This document shows, in pieces, positions 63,332-64,000 of a DNA stretch of 64,000 nucleotides (positions within the stretch are counted from its first letter, which is position 1; the number at the start of each line of letters is the position of its first letter). The stretch spans positions 71,989 to 135,988 of IMG/VR virus record IMGVR_UViG_3300037483_001478; one strand, given 5' to 3'. A program made the translations under genes and the position numbers. This DNA comes from a virus. Below the pieces are notes generated by a model. That model searched no databases. It saw only the letters and a list, made by a program, of their open reading frames with translations, and had not been told where the DNA came from.

Positions 63332-63757
63332 TCACACCAAGCCTTTTTCCACAGCCACCCTTTCCCGCACGCTCAATGTAGCAGATTCTCCAATCAAATC
63401 AGTGACATCCGGATCTTCCATTTGACTCTTTGGAATCCATATTTGCTCCTCGTCAAAGAGAACAAATACAGCTTCTTCTGTTTCGGCGAGCACCTCGTCC
63501 ACTTCCACTTCTACGAAGCTACCGGCTCCCTTAGGCATTGCATCTCCTCTTTCTATCAGTCGCAGCTTGTCCAGCAGGCTGTTTGCAAACAATCGGGCGT
63601 TAACTGGGTCCAGCACGAGGTGGCTTATTTTGGACCCAAAGGTCATGAGGATATTGCCGTCCGACACGCCTACCCCCAGCACTACGTGCGGGGAAGAATA
63701 GGCAGATTCTACCTTTCCGATGCGCTTGCGCGCCTTCGTTAGCTGTGTTTTCATCAC
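63332..63757 (-). CDS. Hypothetical protein; C-terminal small beta domain (alternative start ATG 63538)
   Basis: AETEEAVFVLFDEEQIWIPKSQ motif common in small phage proteins; GAGGAG RBS before ATG 63538. Confidence 0.55.
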   Translation of the reverse strand: MMKTQLTKARKRIGKVESAYSSPHVVLGVGVSDGNILMTFGSKISHLVLDPVNARLFANSLLDKLRLIERGDAMPKGAGSFVEVEVDEVLAETEEAVFVLFDEEQIWIPKSQMEDPDVTDLIGESATLSVRERVAVEKGLV

Positions 63758-63760
63758 TCT

Positions 63761-63985
63761 GTGGATCCTGAAGTCTTGTATGACCGCATGAAAGTGCTCC
63801 CGCGCGAAGAAGCACTGCGCCTATTGCGGCACGAGCTCGCGCGAGAGCGCCGACGGGTCTACGCTGATGTGATAACGCGCCTGCGGGATGCAGGCGCGTC
63901 AGTGGCCTCGACGTGGGTAGCAGGCCTGATGCACGGGGAGATCCCTATACCTTCGGCCTCCGTATCAAGGATTGAAGACCGCTAG
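63761..63985 (+). CDS. Hypothetical helical protein
   Basis: 74 aa with protein-like composition; no room for a divergent promoter. Confidence 0.4.
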   Translation: MDPEVLYDRMKVLPREEALRLLRHELARERRRVYADVITRLRDAGASVASTWVAGLMHGEIPIPSASVSRIEDR

Positions 63986-64000
63986 CTTCGTCCTCGGCCT

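Noticed and set aside
1-64000. Alternative genetic code (stop-codon reassignment)
   Set aside because: Long ORFs are intact under the standard code, and TAA, TAG and TGA all end genes with tight couplings.
1-64000. tRNA, rRNA, CRISPR array, integrase or transposase
   Set aside because: No cloverleaf with a T-loop consensus, no regularly spaced repeats, and no recombinase or transposase motifs found by eye; absence is not computationally verified.

Overview
This 64-kb window (GC-rich, standard genetic code, almost all genes on the + strand) is a segment of a large contractile-tailed dsDNA bacteriophage genome, not a cellular chromosome. Bases ~1-47,300 form the virion morphogenesis region: intein-containing portal, a single-chain RNA polymerase beta/beta' fusion, baseplate spike-like protein, LigD-type phosphoesterase/ATP-dependent DNA ligase, SNF2 helicase, RNase HII, intein-containing large terminase, prohead protease with an inserted inorganic-pyrophosphatase domain, scaffold/internal head proteins, major capsid protein, neck proteins, a 1206-aa tail sheath and a tail tube. 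The tail tube gene is split by a compact 258-nt ORF-less group I intron (46147-46404) that the ORF track misses. Bases ~47,400-54,600 carry a DNA/nucleotide-handling cluster (ParB-like, 5'(3')-nucleotidase, MazG-like, DUF932-like, a Bdellovibrio Bd0055-type histone, DinG helicase). Bases ~54,900-60,900 carry five consecutive signal-peptide proteins with tail-fibre/lectin-like bodies. The final 3 kb has small ORFs and two structured non-coding elements. The best candidate for an undescribed system is a recurring K-x-A / DEL-x-K-[IV]-A motif that delimits swappable modules (ligase, helicase, peptidase, InPase, glycine-zipper cassettes) in head-region proteins, which suggests protease-processed virion cargo. 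All family assignments come from motif recognition by eye; no database searches were run.
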